From: a virus | Virus record (IMG/VR): IMGVR_UViG_3300000553_000012 | Span: 1 to 64,000 of that record | Reading direction: 5' to 3' (one strand) | Length of the DNA: 64,000 nucleotides | Part shown: one piece after another, positions 47,814 through 58,727 of the stretch | Position numbering within the stretch: the first letter of the stretch is position 1 | Layout: each line of letters opens with the position of its first letter | Translations under genes and position numbers: made by a program | Notes under the pieces: generated by a model | Database searches by the model: none | The model's input: the letters and a program-made list of their open reading frames with translations, nothing else | What the model was told of the DNA's origin: nothing

Positions 47814-50129
47814 TTATGAATTTGGTGTCGTTGAATTATCAGCCGCATTCTCAGTAACATATGGACTTGTACCAGCTAAAGCAACAATAGTTTCTGACAT
47901 TACTCGTCCAGATCGGCCGCCTAGTGTAACATTTACTGAATTACCAGAACTTGCACTAGCAAAAGATGCAGCAAAAGTAATACCAGAACCAGTACCAGTA
48001 CCGCCACTAGAATTAGAGTAAGTAAACACTAAATTAGCAGTGGTTAAACCGGAAGTAAATAGCCCCTGATTAGTAATTGTAATTGTTGAATTGCTAACAC
48101 TTGAGCTTGTAAGATTAGCCCTTCCTGCAACAATTTGGCCAGTAGAAGTCATTGATGTACTGGCGACGGTGGGATTGCCACTAACAGCATATGTTCCAGC
48201 ACCACCGGTCGTTCCGGATAATTGAGCTAAAATCTGTGTATTAGCTGCTACACCTGTACCAGCGATAATATTGCCCACAGAAATTGTGCCCGTTACTGAA
48301 GATGCTGTTAAAATATTACCAGTAATAACTCCGGTGAAACTTGCGAGATTATATGTACAAGTAACAGTAACAATATCACCAGCAACATAACTTGAAGGTG
48401 TACCAGTAGCTGTCACATTTGCAAGGTGTATTTGCCGTTGATAGGTATACGTTAATGAACCAGTATTAGTAAATCCATAACCAGGATAAGCTACTGCAAC
48501 TGAAGATATATTAGCTCCGGCCGTGCCGGATTGTGTATTTGTTGTAATTGTAAGAAGACCGTTTGCAGTACCTCCAGAAACAATAATTGTTTCGCCATTT
48601 GAATATCCTGAAGTAGAAGTACTATTAGGACTGGCTCCTGTAATTGGTCCAGTACCATATTTTAATTCTACCCAACCAGATGAAAGGCTGCGGCCATATA
48701 CTGTTTTTTCATAAGATGAGAAAGTTATCGTATTGCTTGTAGCACCTCCGGTAGCATAAGCATTACTAGAAAGAACAATTGTTGTGGCATTAACTGATAC
48801 TACTTTTGGTATCACCGTTGACATAGTAACTGTAGCACCAGATGCACCATTTGAAATTGAATTGGCGCTTACAACATAGTTTCCAATACCATTTGTTGCG
48901 GTAGTTGAAACTACATATGTGCCATTAGCGATAGCAAGAGTGCTATTAGCTAATATTTCTTGTCCAACAGCTAAAGGAGGACCGGTAAAAGCAGTGACAT
49001 TTAAAATATTACCATTTGATCCAATGGTGCCATTTGAAATTGTACCAGTAATAGTAGTAACGGTTGTTGATGTAGTGCCGTTTAATTGTGATAGACTTGG
49101 AATATTATTTCCAGAAATAATCATGCCTGGTGCAATATATGTAAAGGTGCATGTTGCACTAGCATTAGTAAGATTTGATGGTGCTGATAAAAGAACCGCA
49201 GACGAATTAATGACATTTGCAACAGCAATTGTATTGGCCCATACTGGAAGGGCGCCGGTTGTATTGGCAGCAGTAGAATAAATTGCCATGCCCGGAGCAA
49301 TATTTGCAGTTGAGGCAATTCCGGTTAAAATAGTATTACTTTGGCTAAATGCAGCAGTAGTACTATATGATGTAGCTACGTTGCCTCCCTGATAAGTGGC
49401 ATTTGCAGAATAATTAGTAAGAAAATTGTTTCCTGAAATTGTATTTGCTGTAATTGTAACAATATTTGGAATATTTAACATGTTCCAAATACCAACCGCA
49501 GCGCCATTTTGAATAGCACCAGTTGTTGTGTTTTGATACATATTTTGACCACGAACACCATCATTATAGAAATTTACATTAGCACTTGTTACATTTGCAT
49601 ATGCCCATTGTTGAGACATTGTAACCGCAGTACTATTAATTATTGAAGTAACAATAGCTCCGGAAGATAAATTACCAAAAACAGTATTTGAATTAATAAG
49701 CATATTCACATTTATGCCAGAAGTAGAGGTTAAATTTCCAATAATATTACTTGTGGTAAAAGTCATATTTGCAGTTTGATTACTAATAGGAGAAGGCGAA
49801 GATAAAGTAACTGCTGTGGTATTAATAATATTAAGCACTGTTATAGCGCCATTTGACCAACTTCCACTACCAGTAGCATTGGTAGCAGCAGAATATAGCA
49901 CTTGTCCCGGAAAAACATTTTGTGTAGATGGCAATCCAACCATAATTGAATTACCTTGAGCTACATTTGCAACAGATGTAGTTACAGTATATGCAGTTTG
50001 ATTTGATGTAAAAGTTGCATTAGAAATAGAAGTAACATTTGCTGTTTGTGCATATGCCTTATCTTTAGCTAATACACCAAGAAACTTGGGTGCACTATTG
50101 GCTTGGTCTGAGGCTCTCCATAATGGCAT
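47814..50129 (-). CDS. Virion structural protein (head/neck fibre-like)
   Basis: MPLW---D...P N-terminus, GWV, GR-GRV--E-IVA C-terminus, repeated beta modules; TATAAATA at 50161-50168. Confidence 0.7.
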   Translation of the reverse strand: MPLWRASDQANSAPKFLGVLAKDKAYAQTANVTSISNATFTSNQTAYTVTTSVANVAQGNSIMVGLPSTQNVFPGQVLYSAATNATGSGSWSNGAITVLNIINTTAVTLSSPSPISNQTANMTFTTSNIIGNLTSTSGINVNMLINSNTVFGNLSSGAIVTSIINSTAVTMSQQWAYANVTSANVNFYNDGVRGQNMYQNTTTGAIQNGAAVGIWNMLNIPNIVTITANTISGNNFLTNYSANATYQGGNVATSYSTTAAFSQSNTILTGIASTANIAPGMAIYSTAANTTGALPVWANTIAVANVINSSAVLLSAPSNLTNASATCTFTYIAPGMIISGNNIPSLSQLNGTTSTTVTTITGTISNGTIGSNGNILNVTAFTGPPLAVGQEILANSTLAIANGTYVVSTTATNGIGNYVVSANSISNGASGATVTMSTVIPKVVSVNATTIVLSSNAYATGGATSNTITFSSYEKTVYGRSLSSGWVELKYGTGPITGASPNSTSTSGYSNGETIIVSGGTANGLLTITTNTQSGTAGANISSVAVAYPGYGFTNTGSLTYTYQRQIHLANVTATGTPSSYVAGDIVTVTCTYNLASFTGVITGNILTASSVTGTISVGNIIAGTGVAANTQILAQLSGTTGGAGTYAVSGNPTVASTSMTSTGQIVAGRANLTSSSVSNSTITITNQGLFTSGLTTANLVFTYSNSSGGTGTGSGITFAASFASASSGNSVNVTLGGRSGRVMSETIVALAGTSPYVTENAADNSTTPNS

Positions 50130-50155
50130 TTTTTTTCTCCTTACGAGTGTTTATT

Positions 50156-50344
50156 CTATTTATTTATATGAAACATCTTAGAAACATACTCAGAGGGTTT
50201 CTCGACGACATCTGGGTTATGCACAACAGTAATATTTATAGTAGGATCATCTGATATTTTTAAATGAACAGAATCATTGTGTTTAATCTTTGGCACGGCT
50301 TCCTGTCTATTTAATATAGTAATATTTTTATGTATGACCGGCAA
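50156..50344 (-). CDS. Small hypothetical protein
   Basis: Fills the gap in the operon. Confidence 0.5.
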   Translation of the reverse strand: MPVIHKNITILNRQEAVPKIKHNDSVHLKISDDPTINITVVHNPDVVEKPSEYVSKMFHINK

Positions 50345-50347
50345 GTA

Positions 50348-51397
50348 TTAATCCTTAACCAAATTCGGATTATTTCGACGCCATTCAGCTTCTTTAGCTT
50401 CTTCACGAATATTACGATTTTGAGCTATAATTTCACGAACGGCAGATTCTACTGCACGATAGCGATTAGCTTCGACATAAACAGAAGCTTTGGGTTCGAC
50501 TTCTTCTTTCATAGGCTTCTTTTCTTGTCTGAGTAATTTAAAATCTTCTGAATCTAAATGGCCATTGTGATTTTTATCAAGTTTCTTTTGATTGCCTTTA
50601 AGTTCTTCTTCACCTACAATCTTAGCGGTTTTTGCTTTAATTTTTGCATCTGGATCATACGGTGCTTCTGGCGTAGGCATTTGTCCACCGCTTTTTCTTA
50701 CTTTATCAAAATTTTCTTTAGAAGCTCCCATATGCTTTCTCATTCTATCTTTATCTGCTGGCTTTTCTGGTTTACCAAGATGATAAAGTGCGGCTGTAGC
50801 ATGAGCCCTAGAAATATGATGAACATTATTATCATCAAATTTAACATGACCGCCTTCTCTACTATCAGCGGCCTTCCCTAATTGATCTGTGAATGAAGGT
50901 GGTTCAGATGGACCACCGGCTTCATCTGAAGTCATTCCAGCTCTTTTAGCAGCACCAAAAGATTTTGAACCTTTTGGTCGACCGCGGCCACGCTTTACTG
51001 GAGCATCCTCTTCTTCAATAAAAGAACGGAACTTGCTGATTCCTGTTCCCCAAAGAGGAGCGGTCATTTCTTCAATTTTTACTTCTTCATTTGCTTTTTC
51101 TTTTAATTCAGTCTCTTCTTTCTTTAATTCCGGGTGCATTCCATAATAAGCACCGAGAGCTATCTTCTTACGTTCTTCTTTTGACTTACCAGCAAACTTA
51201 GGATCATCAGAGTGAACAAAATCATCAATGACATTGCCGGCCGTCATTTTCTTTGTTAGTTTTTCTGAAAGTTCAACGCCAGACTCAATGCCGTGATCAA
51301 ACATAACATCGGCAGATAAAATATCACCATCTTCATCATATACTTCTGTTGAATTGATGATATGTCCTTCGCCGAATTCTTCGTGGTAAACTTTCAT
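50348..51397 (-). CDS. Putative internal head protein with AT-hook and EF-hand-like motifs
   Basis: H---G-G...DVMFDHGIE; I-DF--SD-PKF-GKSKEER; KRGRGRPKG; LDKNHNGHLDSEDF. Confidence 0.7.
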   Translation of the reverse strand: MKVYHEEFGEGHIINSTEVYDEDGDILSADVMFDHGIESGVELSEKLTKKMTAGNVIDDFVHSDDPKFAGKSKEERKKIALGAYYGMHPELKKEETELKEKANEEVKIEEMTAPLWGTGISKFRSFIEEEDAPVKRGRGRPKGSKSFGAAKRAGMTSDEAGGPSEPPSFTDQLGKAADSREGGHVKFDDNNVHHISRAHATAALYHLGKPEKPADKDRMRKHMGASKENFDKVRKSGGQMPTPEAPYDPDAKIKAKTAKIVGEEELKGNQKKLDKNHNGHLDSEDFKLLRQEKKPMKEEVEPKASVYVEANRYRAVESAVREIIAQNRNIREEAKEAEWRRNNPNLVKD

Positions 51398-51431
51398 TGA
51401 AATCTCCTAAAATTATACTTCTTATTATTTA

Positions 51432-51875
51432 TTAAATTTTATTTTTAATGGTGGATCTAAGCATCCAAGAATGTTTTTTGTGAATATCGGTTCTGTCTTG
51501 TAAAAAATTACTGACACCAATTTCACCAACTTTTTCTGCTTCATTATACGCTTTTCTTAAAGATATTATTACTTTTTCATTATCATCTAATAATTGACCG
51601 GCCATTGACACTCCATCGGGAATAGTTGTAGCATCTGAAATTGTAGTCAATTCGGAAAATCTACTAAATGATCCGGGAGCATATTCATCTAATGATCTAA
51701 TATGTTCTGCCACTGCATCTGTGGCTTCCCAAACTTCATCATAGATTTTATTAAATAGCTTATGATATTCGTAGAAGTCTGCACCCTCTACATTCCAGTG
51801 ATAATTATGAGTTTTTAAATAAAATGCAAATGTATCAGCCAAAACAACTTTTAATGCATCAGTTAGTTTGCTCAT
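51432..51875 (-). CDS. dps: Dps / ferritin-like DNA protection protein
   Basis: HNYHWNVEG--F---H-LF--IY-E-----D--AE-IR-L, H-K--WML. Confidence 0.95.
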   Translation of the reverse strand: MSKLTDALKVVLADTFAFYLKTHNYHWNVEGADFYEYHKLFNKIYDEVWEATDAVAEHIRSLDEYAPGSFSRFSELTTISDATTIPDGVSMAGQLLDDNEKVIISLRKAYNEAEKVGEIGVSNFLQDRTDIHKKHSWMLRSTIKNKI

Positions 51876-52764
51876 TAGGATCTCCTTTTATATAATTTCC
51901 ACTCATATTACGAATAACAGAACCATCTTTTTGAGAAACCCAGCCAATGATAGTATATCCCCGTTCTTTCCAATCTGGAGCTTGTGATATCAAAGATTTA
52001 TTATATATTACAACAAATTGTTTTATACCACTTCTATGATAGTATTTATTTGATAAAATATAAGCACGATCATTTGGATCTTGTTGTTGAGAAGCCATAT
52101 GTTCTGCGGCTTTATATGCTTCTAATTTATTATTATGCATTAATCCCGGATTTTTCAAAATATCTTGTTCTTGGCCGGGGGAACCGGCAGGAATTGCATT
52201 AACCGAAGAATCTTCTTTTAATACGGAAATAAATCGAGAACTTATTACTGACCAATCTATAATTTTATAAATGTTTTTTAGATATTCTTTTTTATCGGCC
52301 CGATAATCTAAAGCCCAGGCGTGTTCCCACCAATCAATCAAAAGCATAATCTTCATGCCCGGATGATATTCGTGATTATGAATTACATGAATTTTACAAG
52401 AATCATCAAGATAAATCCAACCAGACCCTTGAATTTTCATAGCTTCTTCTTCAATTTTATCTTGAAGATTTGCAAAAGAACCATATATTGCTTCTATTTT
52501 ATTTTTTACAGTCCCTGTAAAGTTTGATTTATTCGGTTCACAGAATTGACTAAAATATAAATTATGAAGAATAGCCCCCCCAAAATTAAAGTCTTTATCG
52601 CCTTCATTTTTATTATACCTTTCAACATACTTAGATGCTAGACCACGATAATGATAATCTATGGTATCTTTACTCATAACGGGTTCCAAGTCAAAATCTT
52701 GATATCTCAATTTTTTTTGAACTAGTTTTATTTTTTGTTCTGTAAATGATCCAAAATTTTTCAT
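51859..52764 (-). CDS. sod: Fe/Mn superoxide dismutase with capsid-targeting-like N-terminus and ~115-aa C-terminal extension
   Basis: LEP-MS--TIDYHY, GGAILHN-YF, GSGW, DWWEHAW-LDY; start MKNFGSFTE (52764). Confidence 0.85.
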   Translation of the reverse strand: MKNFGSFTEQKIKLVQKKLRYQDFDLEPVMSKDTIDYHYRGLASKYVERYNKNEGDKDFNFGGAILHNLYFSQFCEPNKSNFTGTVKNKIEAIYGSFANLQDKIEEEAMKIQGSGWIYLDDSCKIHVIHNHEYHPGMKIMLLIDWWEHAWALDYRADKKEYLKNIYKIIDWSVISSRFISVLKEDSSVNAIPAGSPGQEQDILKNPGLMHNNKLEAYKAAEHMASQQQDPNDRAYILSNKYYHRSGIKQFVVIYNKSLISQAPDWKERGYTIIGWVSQKDGSVIRNMSGNYIKGDPNEQTN

Positions 52765-54641
52765 TATAATTCTTCTATGAAATTCCAAGAACAAACAACG
52801 TTAGCGGTTCCTCCAATACTGCCCGGCAAGTTTTGAATACAAAGAGTTAATGTGGCAGGATTTCCATTTATATCAGAACCCAGATTGTATGTTCCGGGTA
52901 TACCATCAAATGTTGTTGATCCTGCGCCAGAAGCTGTTAATCCAGATAATATAGTCAATCCGCCGGTTATTGTAGCAGTATTACTCCAAGTCCAATATCG
53001 ACTAGACCTACCAGTATTTGCATTAATTAATGCAGAATTTCCATTATAGGCATAAGTTCCATTAACATTTGCATTATATACTATAGTGTATAAAAATGTA
53101 TCTGCTGTAGCATTTTTTCCTTGATTATTTTGATCTATAATTGTAAATTCTCCAGGAGAAATATCAGAACCTATCCAAGGAGAACCTGCTCTAAGCCCGA
53201 TAGTCAAAACAGGCGTTAATGTAGTACCAGGAATATATCCAGAAACATTGTATGCTGTTGTAGGAGAAGGATTACTTGACAATTCCGCGTCTGATTGAAA
53301 AGCAATTCCTGACATATTAAATACTGGTGTTGTTGTGGTAAATGAACCGGTAGATCCATTTAATATTTCACGTCTTAATGGAAGACTATTATCAGTAATA
53401 AATGTAGTATTACCTATAAGTGAAGGAGAAGAGTAACTTTGAATATGGACAATTTGTGGTCCAATTGGTGTTCCTAGACCAAATCTAACTCTTCCAGTTC
53501 TTCCTCCAATTAAATCAAACCAAAAAGTATAATATTTGTTCAATCCAGTAGTAAAGATATTCATACCAGATGGTCCTGTACCATCTAATTTATCTTGATT
53601 AAAGCTATTAGCATATACTCTATCTTCAACAATAGAACCATTTGCCACTTGACGCCTTACAACTACTGCTAAAGTATTTGCTGATGTGTTTCCTTGTTCC
53701 CAATATATTCCATTATTAATATCAAAAAGTCCAGTTCTACGAATAACACCAGATTCTCCAGCAGTAACTTCATAGTTTACTGTAGTATAAAGAGTATGTG
53801 ATGTTCCTGGTATAATTTTATATCTATTATATGTTTGTTTATATGCATACCCACCAGCAGTATTACCACTCGTCATTTGTATTTCTGATGTATTGGCAAG
53901 GAATATACTATTAGAATTAGTTCCATTCAGTATTTGTGACCACCTGTATAGTATATCATCATCAACTACAGGAACGAACCAATTCTGACTACTAGTAGTA
54001 GATATTCTTAATTTTGATAGCGCGTCTGTGGACCACGTAGGCGCCTGTTGAGTATATACATAGTTTGTTGTATTTGATATAACATCAACAGGTATTGGAG
54101 CCGAATTACTTACGGGTATTGTATTAGCAAAATACAATAAACTGTTTACTGAATTTGGAAAATTATTAATCGCAACAGGTAATGCTTCGGCAGCAGTTAT
54201 ACTATCGCCATTGCTTTGATATATTGATATTTGATTAGAAGTTTGTATAAAAACATTGCCTATAACTTCAGTAGTAAAAGGACTGAATGTAGTAAATAAA
54301 GGATTAACATTGTTAATAGATGAGCCATCACTATTAAAAATGAGAACATTAGATGTACTTGGAAAATTATTAATCGCAACAGGTAATGCTTCGGCAGCAG
54401 TTATATTATCGCCATTGCTTTGGTGTATACTTACATTAGATGCTGTGGTGACATTGACATTGCCACTGATAGAGATAGTATTATTACCAATATCTACAGG
54501 AAGTCTAGATGAAGCATTAATAGCTGAACCATTACTATTAAAAATAACAACATTACCAGTAATTGGAAGCGGTTCTGTATTGCTAATAGAATTTGTATTA
54601 CTATTAAAAATAGAAACAGAATTTGTAAATACATATGACAT
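52764..54641 (-). CDS. Virion structural protein
   Basis: N-terminal LPV/NNFP repeats; DA--KLR-S, KQT----K--PG, R-GLFD--NGIYWE, QDKLDGTGPSG, GRVRFG. Confidence 0.7.
   Translation of the reverse strand: MSYVFTNSVSIFNSNTNSISNTEPLPITGNVVIFNSNGSAINASSRLPVDIGNNTISISGNVNVTTASNVSIHQSNGDNITAAEALPVAINNFPSTSNVLIFNSDGSSINNVNPLFTTFSPFTTEVIGNVFIQTSNQISIYQSNGDSITAAEALPVAINNFPNSVNSLLYFANTIPVSNSAPIPVDVISNTTNYVYTQQAPTWSTDALSKLRISTTSSQNWFVPVVDDDILYRWSQILNGTNSNSIFLANTSEIQMTSGNTAGGYAYKQTYNRYKIIPGTSHTLYTTVNYEVTAGESGVIRRTGLFDINNGIYWEQGNTSANTLAVVVRRQVANGSIVEDRVYANSFNQDKLDGTGPSGMNIFTTGLNKYYTFWFDLIGGRTGRVRFGLGTPIGPQIVHIQSYSSPSLIGNTTFITDNSLPLRREILNGSTGSFTTTTPVFNMSGIAFQSDAELSSNPSPTTAYNVSGYIPGTTLTPVLTIGLRAGSPWIGSDISPGEFTIIDQNNQGKNATADTFLYTIVYNANVNGTYAYNGNSALINANTGRSSRYWTWSNTATITGGLTILSGLTASGAGSTTFDGIPGTYNLGSDINGNPATLTLCIQNLPGSIGGTANVVCSWNFIEEL
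54155..54422. repeat. 64-bp near-identical direct repeat (54155-54218, 54359-54422)
   Basis: One mismatch; encodes QSNGD(N/S)ITAAEALPVAINNFP. Confidence 0.9.
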
Positions 54642-55480
54642 TATATAATTCTCCAGCCACTACGATAGATAAATGTCAAACTCATATTATTGATACCCAT
54701 TATTACCGTTGTATTATTATCTATAGAGCCGCCCGCAGGAGCAGTTACAGTTATATTATTTATTGAACAATTTCCACTCTCATCTTTTATTATTATTTGT
54801 AAACCGTTTTTATTTGTTTTTGGTAATGTAATGGTACATGCTGTTGGACAATTAACTCCAATATAATAATCTTTTTTATTGGCTGTATAATCTGTAGTTA
54901 CTAAAACTGTTCTAAGCGTAAGTTCATCAATAGAGCCTGCTCCGCCGCCGCCCATTTGTGAAATGCGTGAAGCAAATTGATGTAAATCCAAAACTGATTT
55001 TTTAAGAAGATCCATTTCTTTGCGAAATGCTGGAGGAACTTCATCTTTTGGTAATTCATCTGCTGGAATTTTATCAATAGATTTACTGATAGCTTCTACT
55101 GATTTACTGACAAAATCATCTGGAAGTTGAGGTTGTTTTTCTACTGGTGTATTTACTGGTTGAGTTATTTGTCTTGTTGTAGAATTTCTTGCATCTACAA
55201 AAGACTCTTCTACAGGAGTATCTTCTTTTATTTCTTTTATTTCTTCTAAATCGAGTATTTCTTGAATAGCTGGTTGTTCAATTACCTTTATGGGTTCATG
55301 ATCAATAACTTTTACAGGTTTAATTCCAAGAAGAGCATTTTCAAAACTTTCTAGTAGTTTTCTTTCTCTTTCTTTTTTTTGTATATTTTTTTCAATTTTT
55401 TCAAATGTAGAATCAGAAACTTCCGGATTACCTAGAAGTCTAGACCAGCTATCTAGAAGTTTCTGTTCTTTTTCATTCAT
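54641..55480 (-). CDS. Structural protein with charged N-terminus, GGGGAG hinge and fibre-tip-like C-terminal domain
   Basis: DYYIGVN-----TITLP...IIIKDESG----NNIT motif. Confidence 0.7.
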   Translation of the reverse strand: MNEKEQKLLDSWSRLLGNPEVSDSTFEKIEKNIQKKERERKLLESFENALLGIKPVKVIDHEPIKVIEQPAIQEILDLEEIKEIKEDTPVEESFVDARNSTTRQITQPVNTPVEKQPQLPDDFVSKSVEAISKSIDKIPADELPKDEVPPAFRKEMDLLKKSVLDLHQFASRISQMGGGGAGSIDELTLRTVLVTTDYTANKKDYYIGVNCPTACTITLPKTNKNGLQIIIKDESGNCSINNITVTAPAGGSIDNNTTVIMGINNMSLTFIYRSGWRII

Positions 55481-57141
55481 TAGTGGCCCGAACTTCCACT
55501 TTTACCTGGTGGTAACATATTAATTGTTCCATCTGCCATTCTAATAGGAACAAGAGATGAGAATACTTTTTTACGTTTACCAGACGTACCTTCTGGTACA
55601 GATAATTCAGTTACAACATTATCATCATATTCTATTTCATTATTCAAACGCATACCTGAACGAGCAGGCCCAAATAATGGTGAAGGTTCTTGAGAAGGTG
55701 GATTATTTTGAAATCTTTTTATAAGTTTATCTTTTAATCTTTGTCTCTGAGGAGACTTTGGATCTTTTGGTGAAGTACTAATAGCAGATGAATATGCAGA
55801 AAGCATTGTTCTTCGACTAAGTTCATCAATATTTTCAACTTCTTCTTTTACGATAGAAAGATATTTTAATCCACTGTGGGGTTCATTATGTAAGGATCTT
55901 TGAAGTTTAGCCAAAGCATCGTGTTTATTTGGTGATCTAATATAATGATGAACGGTTTCACGTTCTTCTGTTTCTGGATTATATGTATTAGATTTTAATT
56001 TATGAAGCGGCCATTGTAAGTTTGATCGGCGCTCATCTGTTCCAACTTTTTCTTTTTGTATTTTTTTTATAACTCTTTGCATGGCGCCCTTTGCTTTTGC
56101 TTTCATTGGACTGCCTTTGGCGCCTTCCTCAATATCGTGAGGCTTTACTATTTTAGAATTCATTTTCTTTTTTCCTTTTGCTTTTTCTGGAACAGTTATT
56201 AAATTATCCATTTTATCATATATTGGAAATCCATCTCCGGCAGCACCTCCGGTATCACCTCCACCAGTAGGTTCAGTGAACCCGCTCTCTCTGACATCTT
56301 TAAATTTCTTTTTTAATTTATAATTTTTAGAATCAGGATTTTTTGATAAAATATAATTTTTTCCTCCATCTTGGCGGCCGCCATCTACTAAATCTGCTCC
56401 ACCCCATCCGCCCGACGTACCTTCTCCGCCGATACCCTCTTCATCCACATAGGTTTTTACGATCTTCATGGCTTTACGTCTCTGAAGTTGTTTTTTATTA
56501 TCTTCGGGTTCTACAGTCTTATCATAACCGATTGGTTTATCTTTTGCGCTTTTTCTATCAAAAGGAACGTTGTAACGAACCGATTCATATGGATTATCTG
56601 TTACTTGAGTAGTATTGCCTGCGCCAGAACCCGATTTATTGCCAAATGTAGCATTCATTCCCATTATTTGCTTATCCTTAAAATTTGGCGCCTTTTTATA
56701 CTTCTTTGGTTTGGTCTCTTCAAACTGATTTTTAGATCCGGCATTTTGAGGATTTTGAGGTTGAGCGGGTCTCGTTCTAGCATTATTAGCGTACTGTATA
56801 CTCTGATTGTGTAGTTGACCAGCATGTATTTCTTGTTTATTATGCGCTGTTGTAATTTTTGCCCTTTGTGCTGCAGCTTCTGCTGTTCTCTTGGCTGAAG
56901 CTTGTACGGCTGCTGCTGCTAACTTAACGACCTTGGCGCTGTTTTTTGCCGCCTGTGATGCTTTCTGAATAGAAGCTTTTTGATAAGCTACCGCTTCTGG
57001 TGGAGTAGACACTTCTGGTTTACTTCTAAATCCAGGAGCATTTCCAGTCCTAAAACTCGTCTTAATGGGTTTATTAGTCTTAGGAATGCTAGTAATAGCG
57101 GCTGAAGTCTTAGAAGAAGTGGGTTTGCTTGAAGATTCCAT
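55480..57141 (-). CDS. Large basic low-complexity protein, putative protease-processed internal protein
   Basis: Repeated (I/V/L)-x-E sites (YVDEE, DIEE, IVKEE, IDELS, VTELS). Confidence 0.6.
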   Translation of the reverse strand: MESSSKPTSSKTSAAITSIPKTNKPIKTSFRTGNAPGFRSKPEVSTPPEAVAYQKASIQKASQAAKNSAKVVKLAAAAVQASAKRTAEAAAQRAKITTAHNKQEIHAGQLHNQSIQYANNARTRPAQPQNPQNAGSKNQFEETKPKKYKKAPNFKDKQIMGMNATFGNKSGSGAGNTTQVTDNPYESVRYNVPFDRKSAKDKPIGYDKTVEPEDNKKQLQRRKAMKIVKTYVDEEGIGGEGTSGGWGGADLVDGGRQDGGKNYILSKNPDSKNYKLKKKFKDVRESGFTEPTGGGDTGGAAGDGFPIYDKMDNLITVPEKAKGKKKMNSKIVKPHDIEEGAKGSPMKAKAKGAMQRVIKKIQKEKVGTDERRSNLQWPLHKLKSNTYNPETEERETVHHYIRSPNKHDALAKLQRSLHNEPHSGLKYLSIVKEEVENIDELSRRTMLSAYSSAISTSPKDPKSPQRQRLKDKLIKRFQNNPPSQEPSPLFGPARSGMRLNNEIEYDDNVVTELSVPEGTSGKRKKVFSSLVPIRMADGTINMLPPGKSGSSGH

Positions 57142-57143
57142 GA

Positions 57144-58727
57144 TTAATCCTTATGTACTTTACATCCAACACGGCCACACTTATCGCAAGGTTTTTCTTT
57201 AGATGGTTTTGGAGGAGCTAATCCAGAACGAACATCATCATACATCTTCTTCACATCGTCTGGTTTCATAGTGCTGGGTGCACCCGCTGCAAAGTTTTCA
57301 TATTTACCGTTTTGTGCATGTAGTCTTTGATTTGAAGCAGATACTCCAGCAGTGCCTTCGGCATCCGGATCTCTTTCCCCTGCTGAATGTAGATTTACTG
57401 ATTTAAAATTATAATACCCATGTGTACCATGCTGGCCATTATATTGATTTATGAGTTTTTCATACTCTGGAATGCGATCAGATCCAGCAACCATATGTAA
57501 GTCTGTAACACCGTTTTCATGAAGTCTAGAAAGTTGATGTAATAGGGTTGGATGATCTTTGTCTGCTACCTGAGTAACGACATCTGGAAAAGCTTTCTTA
57601 GCGTGTTCTTCTTTTTGTTCTGGAGTAAGAGGATTCTTCTTGTTATCATGAGTCCTAGATAAAATCATACTAGAAGTACCGTTATATTTTTTAGCAAGTT
57701 TCTTGACTAGATTATACGCAACTTCATGCCCAGCGTGTGGTGGATTGACTCTACCAAAAAACATCACATGATGCCGACGATGCATATTTGTCGGATCAAC
57801 AGATTCGGCCCATTTTGTAGGAGCAGTAGAAGGAGGAGTAGCCGTTTGTGTGGTTTGATCAGTATGCCCCAAAGCTTTTTTGATAGAATTTCTATCTTCT
57901 TGGTTTTCAAGATTGATATTGGATGGATTTAATTGTGTTGGAGAAAACTGTACAGTCAAATTCCCCGATGAATGTTTTCCTCTAACACGAAAACGTCCCG
58001 TTCCAGTTGCAGGAGGAAGATTAGTTCCTGTTCTATCTTTTTCTTGGGATAATCCTGCTCTATATGTTCCATGTGTTCCAACATGAAGTACGTCTACACC
58101 ATGATCTTTCAAATAGGCATGCATGGGAGATAAATCTGTTTCTTGACTATAAACATTACTTTGCCCGCTCAATGATCTTGTGCCTCTAGTTGGAGGAGGA
58201 ACAGTTTCATTGATGTGGTCTAAAAAAGATTTTCCACTCTCATGATGCGAATTTTCTATTGCCCTAGCAAATTCTGGATGCTGTCTTCTAACATTATCAG
58301 AAATATGCCATTCGCCTTTTTCTGGATCATGGTTTAGCGTAAGTTGTCCAAATGCCGCTCTAGTGCCGCTGTGTTTAACTTCACCATGATACACATTTGG
58401 TTCGTCTTCACCTGCTTTTTCTCTTTTATTGAGAAGTGAAAAATCAATACCTTTGGTAGATCCGGGAGGCTTTTCATCTGAAGATATCATATTATCATTT
58501 TTTAAAACATCATGAAACTTCCCTTCATATGTAATTCCTCGATTTTCTTCATTAAGTATTTTATATGATATAAACTTTGCAAAACTTTCAGTTCTCATTT
58601 GAACGTCAGGATTAACTAGAATTTGATTGGGATGTTCACCAGTCATAGTTCTACCATTATTGATAGCATTACTTTGACCCTTAGCAGCGTTAAGTCGCTT
58701 CATAATTTTGTCGAGAAAATCTCCCAT
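57144..58727 (-). CDS. Fusion: N-terminal PD-(D/E)xK-like domain plus HxGH cytidylyl/nucleotidyltransferase
   Basis: FFGRVNPPHAGH, KNPL----K, MVAGSDR, SAGERDPDA-G--G-SAS; N-half G--YE...IDF...GEVK. Confidence 0.8.
   Translation of the reverse strand: MGDFLDKIMKRLNAAKGQSNAINNGRTMTGEHPNQILVNPDVQMRTESFAKFISYKILNEENRGITYEGKFHDVLKNDNMISSDEKPPGSTKGIDFSLLNKREKAGEDEPNVYHGEVKHSGTRAAFGQLTLNHDPEKGEWHISDNVRRQHPEFARAIENSHHESGKSFLDHINETVPPPTRGTRSLSGQSNVYSQETDLSPMHAYLKDHGVDVLHVGTHGTYRAGLSQEKDRTGTNLPPATGTGRFRVRGKHSSGNLTVQFSPTQLNPSNINLENQEDRNSIKKALGHTDQTTQTATPPSTAPTKWAESVDPTNMHRRHHVMFFGRVNPPHAGHEVAYNLVKKLAKKYNGTSSMILSRTHDNKKNPLTPEQKEEHAKKAFPDVVTQVADKDHPTLLHQLSRLHENGVTDLHMVAGSDRIPEYEKLINQYNGQHGTHGYYNFKSVNLHSAGERDPDAEGTAGVSASNQRLHAQNGKYENFAAGAPSTMKPDDVKKMYDDVRSGLAPPKPSKEKPCDKCGRVGCKVHKD

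Noticed and set aside
54155-54422. Possible diversity-generating retroelement TR/VR pair
   Set aside because: Both copies are in-frame in one gene's N-terminus with a single mismatch, and no reverse transcriptase is present.
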